Assembly: GCA_964106915.2 (NCBI GenBank) | Contig: OZ066914.1 | DNA from: Podarcis gaigeae | Lineage: Eukaryota | Strand: one strand, 5' to 3' | Length of the DNA: 64,000 nucleotides | Shown here: positions 52,096 through 63,897 of the stretch, piece by piece | Numbering within the stretch: position 1 is the stretch's first letter | How the letters are laid out: each line of letters opens with the position of its first letter | Position numbers and translations under genes: made by a program | The notes under the pieces: model-generated | The model's input: the letters and a program-made list of their open reading frames with translations, nothing else | Told to the model about the DNA's origin: nothing | Databases searched by the model: none

Positions 52096-53492
52096 GTCTA
52101 GAGAATAGAGTGGGTGCTAAGATATAGGTCTCAGGTGCCAAAGGGTAAAGAGGTGCAGCCTCAGCATCTGATGGAAACTACCTGATGAAGGTATAATAAT
52201 AATGATAATTTAATTACTTGTACCCCGCCCATCTGACTGAGTTGCCCCAGCCACTCTGGGCGGCTTCCAGCAAAATATGAAAACACCATAAAACGTCAAA
52301 CTTAAAAACTTCTGTATACAGGGCTGTCTTCAGATGTCTTCTAAAAGTCATTTAGTTGTTTATCTCCTTGACATCTCAGTAGAGGGTGCTCTACAGGGCA
52401 GACACCACTACCAAGAAGGGACTCTCTCTGCCTGGCTCCTTATAATCTCACTTCTCACAGTGAGGGAACTGCCAGAAGGCCCTCAGAGCTAGATCTCAGT
52501 GGAAGCACTCCTTTGGGAATATTATACACACCTCTGTGTTGGTGGGAACTCCAAAGTTTAAGGAATGCCACAGAGAATGCAACATCTGCCCAGCACACAT
52601 TGGAGCACTAAAAAAGTTTGTATAAAAAGGAGCCCAGGCCAGACAAAATCAACAGGGGTCCTGCCACAGCGCTAGACCTCAACACCTGCCGAACCATATT
52701 GGATACCAGTGCCAGGACATCCAGCTTTGACATGTAACCATATTTATCTCCAGTTTTCATTTTTTTAATATTTTTCTACTGTCTTTCAACTCCCCATTGT
52801 GTTTCCATGGAAGTAAAATACTCATTCTGCCCAGTCATGAGATGTCACCAAGTTGTCAAGTGACCTTTGCAGGGCAAAATAGGTCTTTTCAATTCTGTGC
52901 AGCACTTTTGAGGGCTCCTCTGAAGGTCTGACAATCAACTGACTGTCATGTCTTCAGAAGCCACTTTCAAAGCACTGCCTGGCCTAGTGCTTTGCACAGG
53001 TCAGTGTATAGGTGCCTGCAAACCCCCAGATGGCCAAGCCATCTTTTTACCGGCCTCGCATGTGATATCATATATGACATCAGTTGGGTATGGGTTGCCC
53101 AAAATTAGGGAGGCATGGTGGGCCAAATCAGGCCTGGGAGCCAGAGACCCACCACCCCAGCATAGAGTTTCTGACATAGGGGACCTGGTGTTCAAAGGAG
53201 CCCAAGCTGTGCCCATGTTGGAAGGAGACACCTGCGGTTAGAGGTGTAAAGGAGATCGCAAAGAGCTTTTCTCCAGTTATGCACCACTTGAGCGGTCGGC
53301 CTGGGAAAAGGTCTTTCTGCCTTAAGCATTTCTTCCATATTGTTTTTATACCTATCTTGTCCTTTTGCACTGGTTTCAAAGCTATTTTTAGTTATTTTTA
53401 GGTGAATTGCCTTCAGACACACGTGGAAGGCGATTCTTAAATAAAATAAAGAAATAATTAAACAAGATGTTATTATTCCTACCTCTGCATAC

Positions 53493-53647
53493 NNNNNNNN
53501 NNNNNNNNNNNNNNNNNNNNNNNNNNNNNNNNNNNNNNNNNNNNNNNNNNNNNNNNNNNNNNNNNNNNNNNNNNNNNNNNNNNNNNNNNNNNNNNNNNNN
53601 NNNNNNNNNNNNNNNNNNNNNNNNNNNNNNNATGAAAAATGCATAGC
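53493..53647 (-). other. Probable exon of an unidentified host gene, largely hidden by N (53493-53631)
   Basis: On the minus strand the N run ends exactly at a donor (N|gtatgc) and is preceded by either ...tccatcaccag|gctatgc or a T-rich tract (ttttcat|N). Confidence 0.5.
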
Positions 53648-55204
53648 CTGGTGATGGACAGTTATAGAAGCTATGTCAAACTAACACCAGCAAGCACAGA
53701 TTTCTGAACATAATGGTATCCCAAAAAAGAACAAAGCAGAAATATGAAGTCTTGTGGAGGGATGGAGCAGGGGGAGATCTGCAGGAGACTGGCTACAGGA
53801 GGCTACAAGGTTAAATTGGAAGCCTAGAGAAGTCTGAAGAACACAGATGTAGATAACATTGAAAGGTGTGTCTTTGGAGAAGGGAAATGTCAAGGAGTCT
53901 TGGTTTTCTAAAATGATTGAGGACTCAGTGAGCTGGGAGGTAGGAACTAGACTTTTAGGGTGGTGGCACTCAAACTGCCATTGGCCATTTAATATTCAGA
54001 GTACTCAAAAGTTCCAGCTTCAGAAACATGTGAGTGAGCCTTTTCACTATAAAAAAGGCAAGGCCAGAACCAAAAGCTTCAGGGTCAGGGGGAGGTAGAT
54101 TTCTGTCAACACAAAGGTATCATGCTGGTCCCCCAAAATAAGGATGTTTATATGCAGTTGTACAGGAGTAACATACAGGTAATGGATTTAAGCCTGAGGC
54201 ACAGTCATATGCAAGAAAGTGCAGACTTATAGTATGAATATTTGGCAAATGGAATAATCAGCTGGACAGCTTAAAAAACACACAACTATAGATGAGATTC
54301 AACTAAGCTGTTGCACGCACCGAATGAGGTCCACTCATGCAACGGGACTTTCTTCCTCACCCTGCCCCCCCACGCCCCCTAAATTTGTTCTGGCAGATTG
54401 AGAGGAGGGGAGGGGGGAAGTCCCATTACAGAGTGGACCTCGTATCACGCACACACACCACACTTTGTGCCACATTAAATCCCACCCTTTGGATATACTT
54501 CCGCCTCTGATTCCCCTCATCTAAGCAGGGAGGTGCCTACAGTGGTTTGTTCTACTTTCAGGGATTCTAGGTATAGAATATGAAAAACTCAAGACCGTAT
54601 AAATTTTCATGATGCTAAATTGGGTCCTGTCAAGGTTTAGACTTGCAGCGGCTGGTCCCTGCTGCAAGGGGGAGGAACTCATTGGGGTGGCCAATCTCTG
54701 AAGGCTTATGGGATCCATTTGGATTGCAGAAAGTCCTTAGGAAGTTCCAGTCAGCTGGACAGGTGGTTCTTGTTAATGCCCTGGTCACTTTGTGGAATGT
54801 AGGGATGACCCAGATGGTTGATATGGTTGCTCTCAAGCATCCTCTTCTACTGAGCCCAGTCAGCTCCTTGATATACTGGAGAGCTAAGCACCTAAGTCTG
54901 TGGAAATTTTTGCCCCGATGTTGACTGGAATCTAGTGTCTAATGCAACCAGAATAAGCTGTATTAAGCGCAGCACACATGAATAGAGAAAGAAGCAGTGG
55001 TGCTACTTGGATCATTGGAAGAGACGATCTCTTTCAGCTACAGCATGGTTCATGCAGCTGTGGCTTTCCATATGTTGCTGAACTCCACTACCCATCTGCC
55101 CCAGCTAGCACAGCCATTGGTCAAGGATGACAGGAGTTATAATCCAACAACACCTGGAGGGCCACGGGCCCCTCTGGATGGGCATTCCAGCTGTGCAGCT
55201 TATA

Positions 55205-55680
55205 CAGTGGTACCTTGGTTTTCAAATGCCTTAGTACTCAACCAACTTGGAACCCAAACACTGCAAACCCAGATGTAAGTGTTCCAGTTTGCGAACTTTT
55301 TTTGGAAGCCGAACATGCTCCGTTTTGAGTGCCACGCTTCCATTTTGAGATGAGGTCTGTCTGTTTTGGCTATTTATTTTGTGTTTTTGTGGCTTTTTTG
55401 TTTTGTTTTTTTGTCACTATGTGGAACCCAGTTCATCTACTGATTGATTGATTGTGTGACTGCAGTACATTGTTTATTGCTTTCATTTTATGGCTCAAGG
55501 GTCTCGTTAGATAGTAAAATTCATGTTAAATTGCTGTTTTAGGGGTTGTTCTGAAAAGTCTGGAACAGATTAATCCATTTTACATTACTTTCTATGGGAA
55601 AGCGTGCCTTGGTTTTGGAACACTTTGGTTTTGGAACGGATTTCCGGAACGGATTAAGTTTGAGAACCAAGGTACCACTG
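55205..55680. mobile_element. Tigger-like non-autonomous DNA transposon, family B (476 bp)
   Basis: 22-bp TIR cagtggtaccttggtt(t/c)tcaaa with one mismatch; TA TSDs on both sides. Confidence 0.9.
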
Positions 55681-55904
55681 TATCTTGTGACTTGAGTGTT
55701 GTTTATTTCAGCAAGCAGAGCATGTGTCCTTAAGTTGCTTTGCCCATAAGAAACTTTCCCCTCTTCCTTCTTGTGCTTTTGCTTTGTTTTCTTTCAGACA
55801 TCACATCGCCCTGGAGGAAGTGTTTTAAAGCCATCCTAAGTCTCAGATCTGTCATTGGCAAACAGTAGCAGAACTACAACTGGTCAGTTTCAACAAGACA
55901 TCTC

Positions 55905-55951
<47 letters not shown>

Positions 55952-56601
55952 TAATAATAATAATAATAGTGTGGAGATGAAGAAACCATGACATGAATCT
56001 TCTGCCAAGCCTTGCGAGTTTTTATGTGTTTTGTAAACAGCAGCAGTTCACCACATACCCATTCAAAGTCAAGCCACCTGCCCCCCCAAGCATCTTCTCT
56101 GGTGTAAAAGAGAAGTCAAAACACATTCTCTTGGGAAGTAAAATAAATGAACCCAGGAGGAAGTATATTAAGTGGGTTGGTTTGTTTTGCATTATGGTGC
56201 TCATTCTTCTCATTCACTGTGATGTAACTTGGTTGGGAAATAATGCCAAAACCACAACATTCTTTATCTGTCTTTTTCCCCTTAGAGTGTTTGCCAAAAT
56301 AGTCACACCAGTTCAACCCCAAAATGGAGGGAGCGCCTGATGTTACCCACATTTTAACTGCATTGTCCCAGGAAAAAAAAAATATCCAGCGTTGTTTCTT
56401 TTTTTAAAAAAATGTTGACCCATGGAACTTTTGGTGCACAGTTAAATTACTCTTCACCTATTTTTAGCCTATAGAAAAAAAAAGTCCAGAATTATTATTC
56501 AATGTATATCCTTCTTCAGCTGAAATAAATTTCTGGGGTACCTTTAACATTTCAGCTTCCTTTAGCAAAAAAAAAGAACATCACCATTTTAAGTAGGGTT
56601 G

Positions 56602-56720
56602 AAACAAACAAACAAACAAACAAACAAACAAACAAACAAATATCCTTCCAGTAGCACCTTAGAGACCAACTAAGTTTGTTACTGATATGAGCTTTCATGT
56701 GCATGCACACTTCTTCAGAT
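56602..56720. mobile_element. Penelope-like repeat terminus
   Basis: ccttccagtagcaccttagagaccaactaag...gagctttc.tgtgcatgcacacttcttcaga is repeated almost identically at 10746-10821; the Penelope assignment rests on remembered reptile repeats. Confidence 0.45.
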
Positions 56721-59184
56721 AAGTAGGGTTGTAAGATTTCTGACCTGCATTCAACGCAAACAGCATTGCTTCCATTCCACTGCAGTTCACTTACCACCAA
56801 ATGCTACATTATTAATCTCTCTCATAATGTATGTTATGCAAAACGATTTGTGTAACTTACATAACTTAATTCATTCCAATCTAAAGGAAATGTCAATGTA
56901 AAAGAAAAGTCATTAATTGTGTATCATTTGAGGACTTAAAAAAAATGTGGATGAATACTCATCCCATTTCTAACTCAAGACAAGCATGGAATTGCCACAA
57001 TCCTCAACCGACAACACCTGTCCAAAGAAGTGGGGGACATATTGACAAGACTAGACTGGAACTGAGGAATAATCTACTGTAAGATAGACAGACAATAGAA
57101 AATGCCCACCACTTCTTGTTACATACAGATCCCAGTTAAAAGTGATGAAGGGACCGGCCACAGCAGCAGACCCAGCATTTAGTGAAGGGGGCTGAAATCT
57201 GATGCCACAATCAATCTGGTAGTTTTTAAGGTGCCATAAGACTCTTTGTTCTCTTCCTCATTGCAATTCTTGAATGGAGAATAATGGCACAGACCTTTGA
57301 TCATCTTTACACGAACCTATCCTACCCCCAAGAGGTAGGCGAGGTCCTCTCAGGCAAGCAAGCGTGCGATTGTGCAGGAGTTCATAAGGTTCCGAGGAAA
57401 AAAGAGCAGAAAGCCCATAAAACTTCTGCTGCAATTCACAGAAACTTTCAATGAGATTGGAAGCGTATTCATGTTGAAAATATTGAGTCGCTAAGCCTTC
57501 AGACTGCATTCCAAAAGTCTCCTAGAAACATTTCAATCAAGAGTGCGAGTGTGAGACAGCCAAGCCATTTGGGCAAAAAAGCACTGTGCAGAATTATGTT
57601 GGTGAATCTAGTGCCCTCCAAACGACCTCATATTAGAGCCACAGCATTAAGTCATGGAGAAACCTGTAAGTAAGATGAATATTTTTTTTTCCTTAAAAAA
57701 AAAGAGAGAGAGAGGAGAAAAGGAAAAACCTCCCGAGTTCCCAGTAAGAATGCTAAATTACCCCTTCTCCCAATGGAATGGTTCACTTTCATTTCCAAGT
57801 AGCAGTAAAGCCTATTGACCTCCTCAGTGTTATCCTTTTCACTGCTCATGCAGTACTTTCTTTAATCTCTCGGATCAAAGATTGGTCAATAAAAATCATC
57901 CCTGCTTTTGTGAGGAGCAAACAAACTACAGTTGGTCTTATGATAATTGTAAATCTACACTAAATTCTTTGAGAAAGAGAAAACCTTCCAAGTTAACCAG
58001 GCTGTTGGAAATTTGTCATTCTCTTATGCTAAAAAAGCAAACTTTTCAAAGCTTGCTTGCTTAGAATAGTAGCAAATCTTTATTGCACTCTTTTTCCTTT
58101 TTGTTTTGTTTTGTTATTGTTTTACAAATGTTTGCTGAACTTTCACTAGCCTTAGAATATTCAGCTACTGCACTATGCTGGTTTTGTAGCATATTGGCTA
58201 TGATCTTGAGGAGTGAATGTGGGGGAATGAAATTAAGGAACAAATTCCTACCAGCAAAGCCTTCACACCAAGGTGGAAATGTTATCCGTGCTGATTTCTG
58301 GGTTTGCACTGCAACTGATTATTGGTGGAGAGATCTGTTTCTTTCCTATCCCTGTAACCCACCATCGGTTTCAACGGCACACATGCTAGAATTGTATATA
58401 TTCTTCAGAGATAGAATATATTCCATGATTTTGTTCAGTAAAGTAGAAGTAGTAATTACACAAACATGGGTCAGTAAGAAAGGTCAAGGGGCTGGGCAAT
58501 CTATTAATAATGGCACCTGCGTTCATCAAAAAGATACTATTTTAGGAAGCTGGTGACATCCTCGAGAGAGATATTGAGGTTAATAGGCCAATATAGTGAA
58601 GTGCCTGGTTGCACGTGTAACAAAAATAAATCTGAAATTACTGGATTGAATATAAAAGATGAAGAAAGAAAAAAGTTTTGGGAATAAACTTTTTAAAAGA
58701 TGAGAGAACTTGGAGTTATGACTGCTTGCCTGCCTGCCTGGATAATGTTTTTAAATGCAATTGTATGCAATGAGATGGGCAGGGGTGGGGGAGGGGAGAA
58801 GCATCTCAAGATGCCTGCAGCCAAAGAACTGGACAATAAAATAAAATCAGTGGGTTGGATCTAGAGATTCCCCTTTCTGTTTGCATTGGGGACCAGGATC
58901 TGATAAGGCCTCCCTGTTGAAACAAGGGGGTCATTTTCACTTGTTTGTCATTCCCCATCAGCTCCCAACACTATCTTCCATGCTATCTTGGAGGGGCCCC
59001 TAATCTCCTGAAGCAGGTTTTCATGGGACAGTGGTAAGCGGAGATAGGGGACAAACGTGGTTCAGTTTGCATTTACAGGCGAACTTTCATAATTCGCATT
59101 TTTCAAAACAGCACATGAACCCAAACCTTCAAAATCCACACTTCTCCAATTGTTTGCAATGCAGTTCTCCAGCCAAGAAATGTA

Positions 59185-59399
59185 CAGTGGTACCTTGGGT
59201 TACAGATGCTTCAGGTTACAGACTCCGCTAACCCAGAAATAGTACCTCAGGTTAAGAACTTTGCTTCAGGATGAGAACAGAAATTGCATGGTGGCGGCAG
59301 GAGGCCCCATTAGCTAAAGTGGTACCTCAGGTTAAGAACAGTTTCAGGTTAAGAACGGACCTCCAAAATGAATTAAGTACTTAACCTGAGATACCACTG
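59185..59399 (+). mobile_element. Tigger-like MITE, family A
   Basis: ta|cagtggtacc...taccactg|ta; internal sequence matches 15716-15957. Confidence 0.85.
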
Positions 59400-60294
59400 T
59401 ATACAGAAATTCATACAGTAGGATAAAGTGTGCATATGCAAGTAAAAATAACATACAAAATGCATTATATCAGAGGAAATCCCTTCGCAAAAACTTATTT
59501 TCAATAGGTAACATTGCATACAAAACTGTGTATGCCAAGAGAAATTTGCAACAAAATGCAGATGAATTTCTATGAGAACTTGAAAAAGAATCACAAAAGA
59601 TGAACCTCCAGCCTCAGCTAAAACTGGTTGATCATGCCAGTCTTCCTTGGACTGGAGTTTGTCTCTTTATAGCCAAATAACTTTCTATGAAACTGTAATG
59701 GATGAAGTACATTCCTGCTACCTATCTCCCTGTAACATGCGTGAACACACACACACACACACACAAAATTTGCTTTCCTTTGAACACTACCAAAAATCGG
59801 TGAAATAAAGTGAAGCCTACTTTTGAATCGTGGCATATAGCATCATTTAAGTGTTGACAATCATCCATTCACCTGGGCTATTTCCACCTGACATTTCTTT
59901 GGCGACAAACAAGCTACACAACAGTAAAGCTTGTCTGAAAGTTGTCACTATCTAATTGTCAGGTTGCGTTCCCATCAAACCATGCCTGGGCTATGGGATG
60001 TCATTCCCAACTCAAGAGCTGGAAATTATGCTCTCGGTTTTATTGTTCTGAAATCAGTGGCTGGAATTGGGATCTTGAGATTGAAACAGAGAGCCTGAAA
60101 TATGATATAGCATGAAGGAGGTGTGACTCTGGACAGGGGCTGAAGCACTGGAGGCTTAAGGGAGATTGGGACACTGCCCTACCAGATTCATTCTGTCCCT
60201 AGTCAGTTCCCCTGCCCCACCTGCTTTCATACTTGCAATCAGCCCAGGGGGTGGAGCTGTTTTTAAGGAAAATTGGCAAAAACGACACTGCTCA

Positions 60295-60399
60295 CATGGA
60301 TAGCCATATGGCCAGATTTTCCCGATTTCCGCCCAGAAACTGCTTCCAACTGCAGTGTTCCGGGTATGTCCAGAAAATTCCGGACATATGGCAACCCTA
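60295..60399. mobile_element. hAT (Blackjack-like) MITE remnant
   Basis: Ends catatggcaacccta, with a degenerate inverted copy (gatagccatatg) at the left end. Confidence 0.5.
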
Positions 60400-60692
60400 T
60401 CTAGCTTCTGGCTTCCTCCTCAGCCTCAGTGCCTTTGTAGACTTCAGCAGAGAGGAGGATAAGAACAAAACTAGAATCAGCTGGCATATCACTATTCCCT
60501 TCCTTATCTGAGGATGGCTCTTAGGACTAAGCACACACCAGTCAATGGAGCTGACATGGGTAGGTATCCAATGGCACCTGTTTTTGGTCCTCCCACTTGA
60601 TCTATTCTGGGATTAGACTTACCAAGCAGGAGCAGTGGACAGTTGAGAAATTGCAGTTGGGGGCAGAATTAATGTCATGTTGTTGTTGTTGT

Positions 60693-63600
60693 TTAGTCGT
60701 TTAGTCGTGTCCGACTCTTCGTGACCCGATGGACCAGAGAACGCCAGGCACCTCTGTCCTCCACTGCCTCCCGCAGTTTGGTCAAACTCATGCTGGTAAC
60801 CTCAAAAACACTATCCAACCATCTCGTCCTCTGTCGTCCCCTTCTCCTTGTGCCCTCCATCTTTCCCAACATCAGGGTCTTTTCCAGGGAGTCTTCTCTT
60901 CTCATGAGGTGGCCAAAGTACTGGAGTCTCAGCTTCACAATCTGTCCTTCCAGTGAGCACTCCGGGTTGATTTCCTTCAGTATGGAGAGGTTTGATCTTC
61001 TTGCAGTCCATGGGACTCTCAAGAGTCTCCTCCAGCACCATAATTCAAAAGCATCAATTCTTCGGCGATCAGCCTTCTTTATGGTCCAGCTCTCACTTCC
61101 ATACATCACCACTGGGAAAACCATAGCTTTAACTATACGAACCTTTGTTGGCAAGGTGATGTCTCTACTTCTCAAGATGCTGTCTAGGCTTGTCATTGCC
61201 CTTCTCCCAAGAAGCAGGCGTCTTTTAATTTCGTGGCTGCTGTCACCATCTGCAGTGATCATTGGGCCCAAGAAAGTAAAATCTCTCACTACCTCCATTT
61301 CTTCCCCTTCTATTTGCCAGGAGGTGATGGGACCAGTGGCCATGATCTTCGTTTTTTTGATGTTGAGCTTCAGACCATATTTTGCGCTCTCCTCTTTCAC
61401 CCTCATTAAAAGGTTCTTTAATTCCTCCTCACTTTCTGCCATCAAGGTTGTGTCATCTGCATATCTGAGGTTGTTGATATTTCTTCCGGCAATCTTAATT
61501 CCGGCTAGGGATTCATCCAGCCCAGCCTTTCGCATGATGAATTCTGCATATAAGTTAAATAAGCAGGGAGACAAAATACAGCCTTGTCGTACTCCTTTCC
61601 CAATTTTGAACCAATCAGTTGTTCCATATCCAGTTCTAACTGTAGCTTCTTGTCCCACATAGAGATTTCTCAGGAGACAGATGAGGTGATCTGGCACTCC
61701 CATTTCTTTAAGAACTTGCCATAGTTTGCCGTGGTCGACACAGTCAAAGGCTTTTGCATAGTCAATGAAGCAGAAGTAGATGTCTTTCTGGAACTCTCTA
61801 GCTTTCTCCATAATCCAGCGCATGTTTGCAATTTGGTCTCTGGTTCCTCTGCCTCTTCTAAATCCAGCTTGCACTTCTGGGAGTTCTTTGTCCACATACT
61901 GCTTGAGCCTTCCTTGTAGAATTTTAAGCATAACCTTGCTAGCGTGTGAAATGAGTGCAATTGTGCGGTAGTTGGAGCATTCTTTGGCACTGCCCTTCTT
62001 TGGGATTGGGATGTAGACTGATCTTCTCCAATCTTCTGGCCACTGCTGAGTTTTCCAAACTTGCTGGCATATTGAGTGTAGCACCTTAACAGCATCATCT
62101 TTTAAAATTTTAAATAATTCAGCTGGAATACCATCACTTCCACTGGCCTTGTTATTTGCAGTGCTTTCTAAGGCCCATTTGACTTCACTTTCCAGGATGT
62201 CTGGCTCAAGGTCAGCCACCACGCTACCTGGGGTATACGAGACATCCATTTCTTTCTGGTATAATTCCTCTGTGTATTCTTGCCACCTCTTCTTGATGTC
62301 TTCTGCTTCTGTTAGGTCCTTTCCACTTTTGTCCTTTATTGTGGAAATCTTTGTACGAAATGTTCCTTTCATATCTCCAATTTTCTTGAACAGATCTCTG
62401 GTTCTCCCCATTCTATTGCTTTCCTCTATTTCTTTGCATTGCTCGTTTAAGAAGGTCTTCTTGTCTCTCCTTGCTATTCTTTGGAAATCTGCATTCAATT
62501 TCCTGTATCTTTCACCATCTCCCTCGCATTTTGCTTGCCTTCTCTCCCCCGCTATTTGTAAGGCCTCATTGGACAGCCACTTTGCTTTCTTGCATTTCCT
62601 TTTCATTGGGATGGTTTTCGTTGCTGCCTCCTGTATAATGTTACGAGCCTCCATCCATAGTTCTTCAGGCATTCTGTCCACCAAATCTAAATCCTTAAAC
62701 CTGTTCCTCACTTCCACTGTGTATTCATAAGGGATTTGACTTAGATTGTATCTTACCGGCCCAGTGGTTTTTCCTACTTTCTTCAGTTTAAGCTTCAATT
62801 TTGCTATAAGAAGCTGATGATCTGAGCCACAGTCAGCTCCAGGTCTTGTTTTTGCTGACTGTATAGAGCTTCTCCATCTTTGGCTGCAGAGAATATAATC
62901 AATCTGATTTCGATGCTGCCCATCTGGTGATGTCCATGTGTAGAGTCGTCTCTTGTGTTGTTGGAAAAGCGTGTTTGTGATGACCAGCTTGTTCTCTTGA
63001 CAGAACTCTATTAGCCTTTGCCCTGCTTCGTTTTGATCTCCAAGGCCAAACTTGCCAGTTGTTCCTTTTATCTCTTGACTCCCTACTTTAGCATTCCAAT
63101 CCCCTATAATGAGAAGAACATCCTTCTTTGGTGTCACTTCTATAAGGTCTTGTAAGTCTTCATAGAATTGGTCAATTTCAGTTTCTTCAGCACAAGTAGT
63201 TGGTGCATAAACTTGGATTACTGTGATGTTAAAAGGTCTGCCTTGGATTCGTATCGAGATCATTCTATCATTTTTGAGATTGCATCCCAGTACAGCTTTC
63301 GCCACTCTTTTGTTGACTATGAGGGCCACTCCATTTCTTTTACGGGTTTCTTGCCCACAGTAGTAGATATGATGGTCATCCGAACTGAATTCACCTATTC
63401 CCGTCCATTTTAGTTCACTGATGCCCAGGATGTCAATATTTATTCTTGCCATCTCATTTTTGACCACCTCCAACTTACCCAGGTTCATGGTTCTTACATT
63501 CCAGGTTCCTATGCAATATTTTTCTTTACAGCATTGGACTTTCCTTTCGCTTCCAGGCATATCCGCAACTGAGCGTCCTTTCGGCTTTGGCCCAGCCGCT

Positions 63601-63794
63601 TCATCAGCTCTGGATCTACTTGTACTTGCCCTCCGCTCTTCCCCAGTAGCATGTTGGACGCCTTCCGACCTGAGGGGCTCATCTTCCAGCGTCATATCTT
63701 TTATATGCCTGTTGTCTTTGTCCATGGAGTTTTCTTGGCAGGGATACTGGAGTGGCTTGCCGGTTCCTCCTCCAGGTGGATCACGTTTGGTCAA
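60693..63794 (-). CDS. BovB ORF2: AP-like endonuclease plus reverse transcriptase (1033 aa from TTG; 1010 aa from the first ATG at 63725)
   Basis: Uninterrupted ORF with APE motifs (IGTWNVRT, LGISELKW, IIGDWNAK, IDYIL, SDH), RT motifs (YRTIALISH, QAGFR, FIDYAKAFD, GVRQGCILSP, RYADD) and the BovB-type C-terminus (RRIDAFELWCWRRLLRVPWTARRSN...KSRTRLND). Confidence 0.95.
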   Translation of the reverse strand: MTKRDPPGGGTGKPLQYPCQENSMDKDNRHIKDMTLEDEPLRSEGVQHATGEERRASTSRSRADEAAGPKPKGRSVADMPGSERKVQCCKEKYCIGTWNVRTMNLGKLEVVKNEMARINIDILGISELKWTGIGEFSSDDHHIYYCGQETRKRNGVALIVNKRVAKAVLGCNLKNDRMISIRIQGRPFNITVIQVYAPTTCAEETEIDQFYEDLQDLIEVTPKKDVLLIIGDWNAKVGSQEIKGTTGKFGLGDQNEAGQRLIEFCQENKLVITNTLFQQHKRRLYTWTSPDGQHRNQIDYILCSQRWRSSIQSAKTRPGADCGSDHQLLIAKLKLKLKKVGKTTGPVRYNLSQIPYEYTVEVRNRFKDLDLVDRMPEELWMEARNIIQEAATKTIPMKRKCKKAKWLSNEALQIAGERRQAKCEGDGERYRKLNADFQRIARRDKKTFLNEQCKEIEESNRMGRTRDLFKKIGDMKGTFRTKISTIKDKSGKDLTEAEDIKKRWQEYTEELYQKEMDVSYTPGSVVADLEPDILESEVKWALESTANNKASGSDGIPAELFKILKDDAVKVLHSICQQVWKTQQWPEDWRRSVYIPIPKKGSAKECSNYRTIALISHASKVMLKILQGRLKQYVDKELPEVQAGFRRGRGTRDQIANMRWIMEKAREFQKDIYFCFIDYAKAFDCVDHGKLWQVLKEMGVPDHLICLLRNLYVGQEATVRTGYGTTDWFKIGKGVRQGCILSPCLFNLYAEFIMRKAGLDESLAGIKIAGRNINNLRYADDTTLMAESEEELKNLLMRVKEESAKYGLKLNIKKTKIMATGPITSWQIEGEEMEVVRDFTFLGPMITADGDSSHEIKRRLLLGRRAMTSLDSILRSRDITLPTKVRIVKAMVFPVVMYGSESWTIKKADRRRIDAFELWCWRRLLRVPWTARRSNLSILKEINPECSLEGQIVKLRLQYFGHLMRREDSLEKTLMLGKMEGTRRRGRQRTRWLDSVFEVTSMSLTKLREAVEDRGAWRSLVHRVTKSRTRLND

Positions 63795-63897
63795 AACTCT
63801 CCACTATGACCTGTTCATCTTGGGTGCCCTGCTCGGCATAGTTCATAGCTTCTCTGAGTTCTTCAAGCCCCTTCGCCACGGCAAGGCAGTGATCCAT
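63781..63897 (-). CDS. Putative 38-aa ORF1/uORF of the BovB element (MDHCLAVAKGLEELREAMNYAEQGTQDEQVIVESFDQT*)
   Basis: Hand translation: ATG 6 nt inside the element's 5' end, stop at 63781-63783, overlapping the open 5' part of the ORF2 frame. A similarly short overlapping first ORF is described for C. elegans RTE-1. Confidence 0.5.
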   Translation of the reverse strand: MDHCLAVAKGLEELREAMNYAEQGTQDEQVIVESFDQT

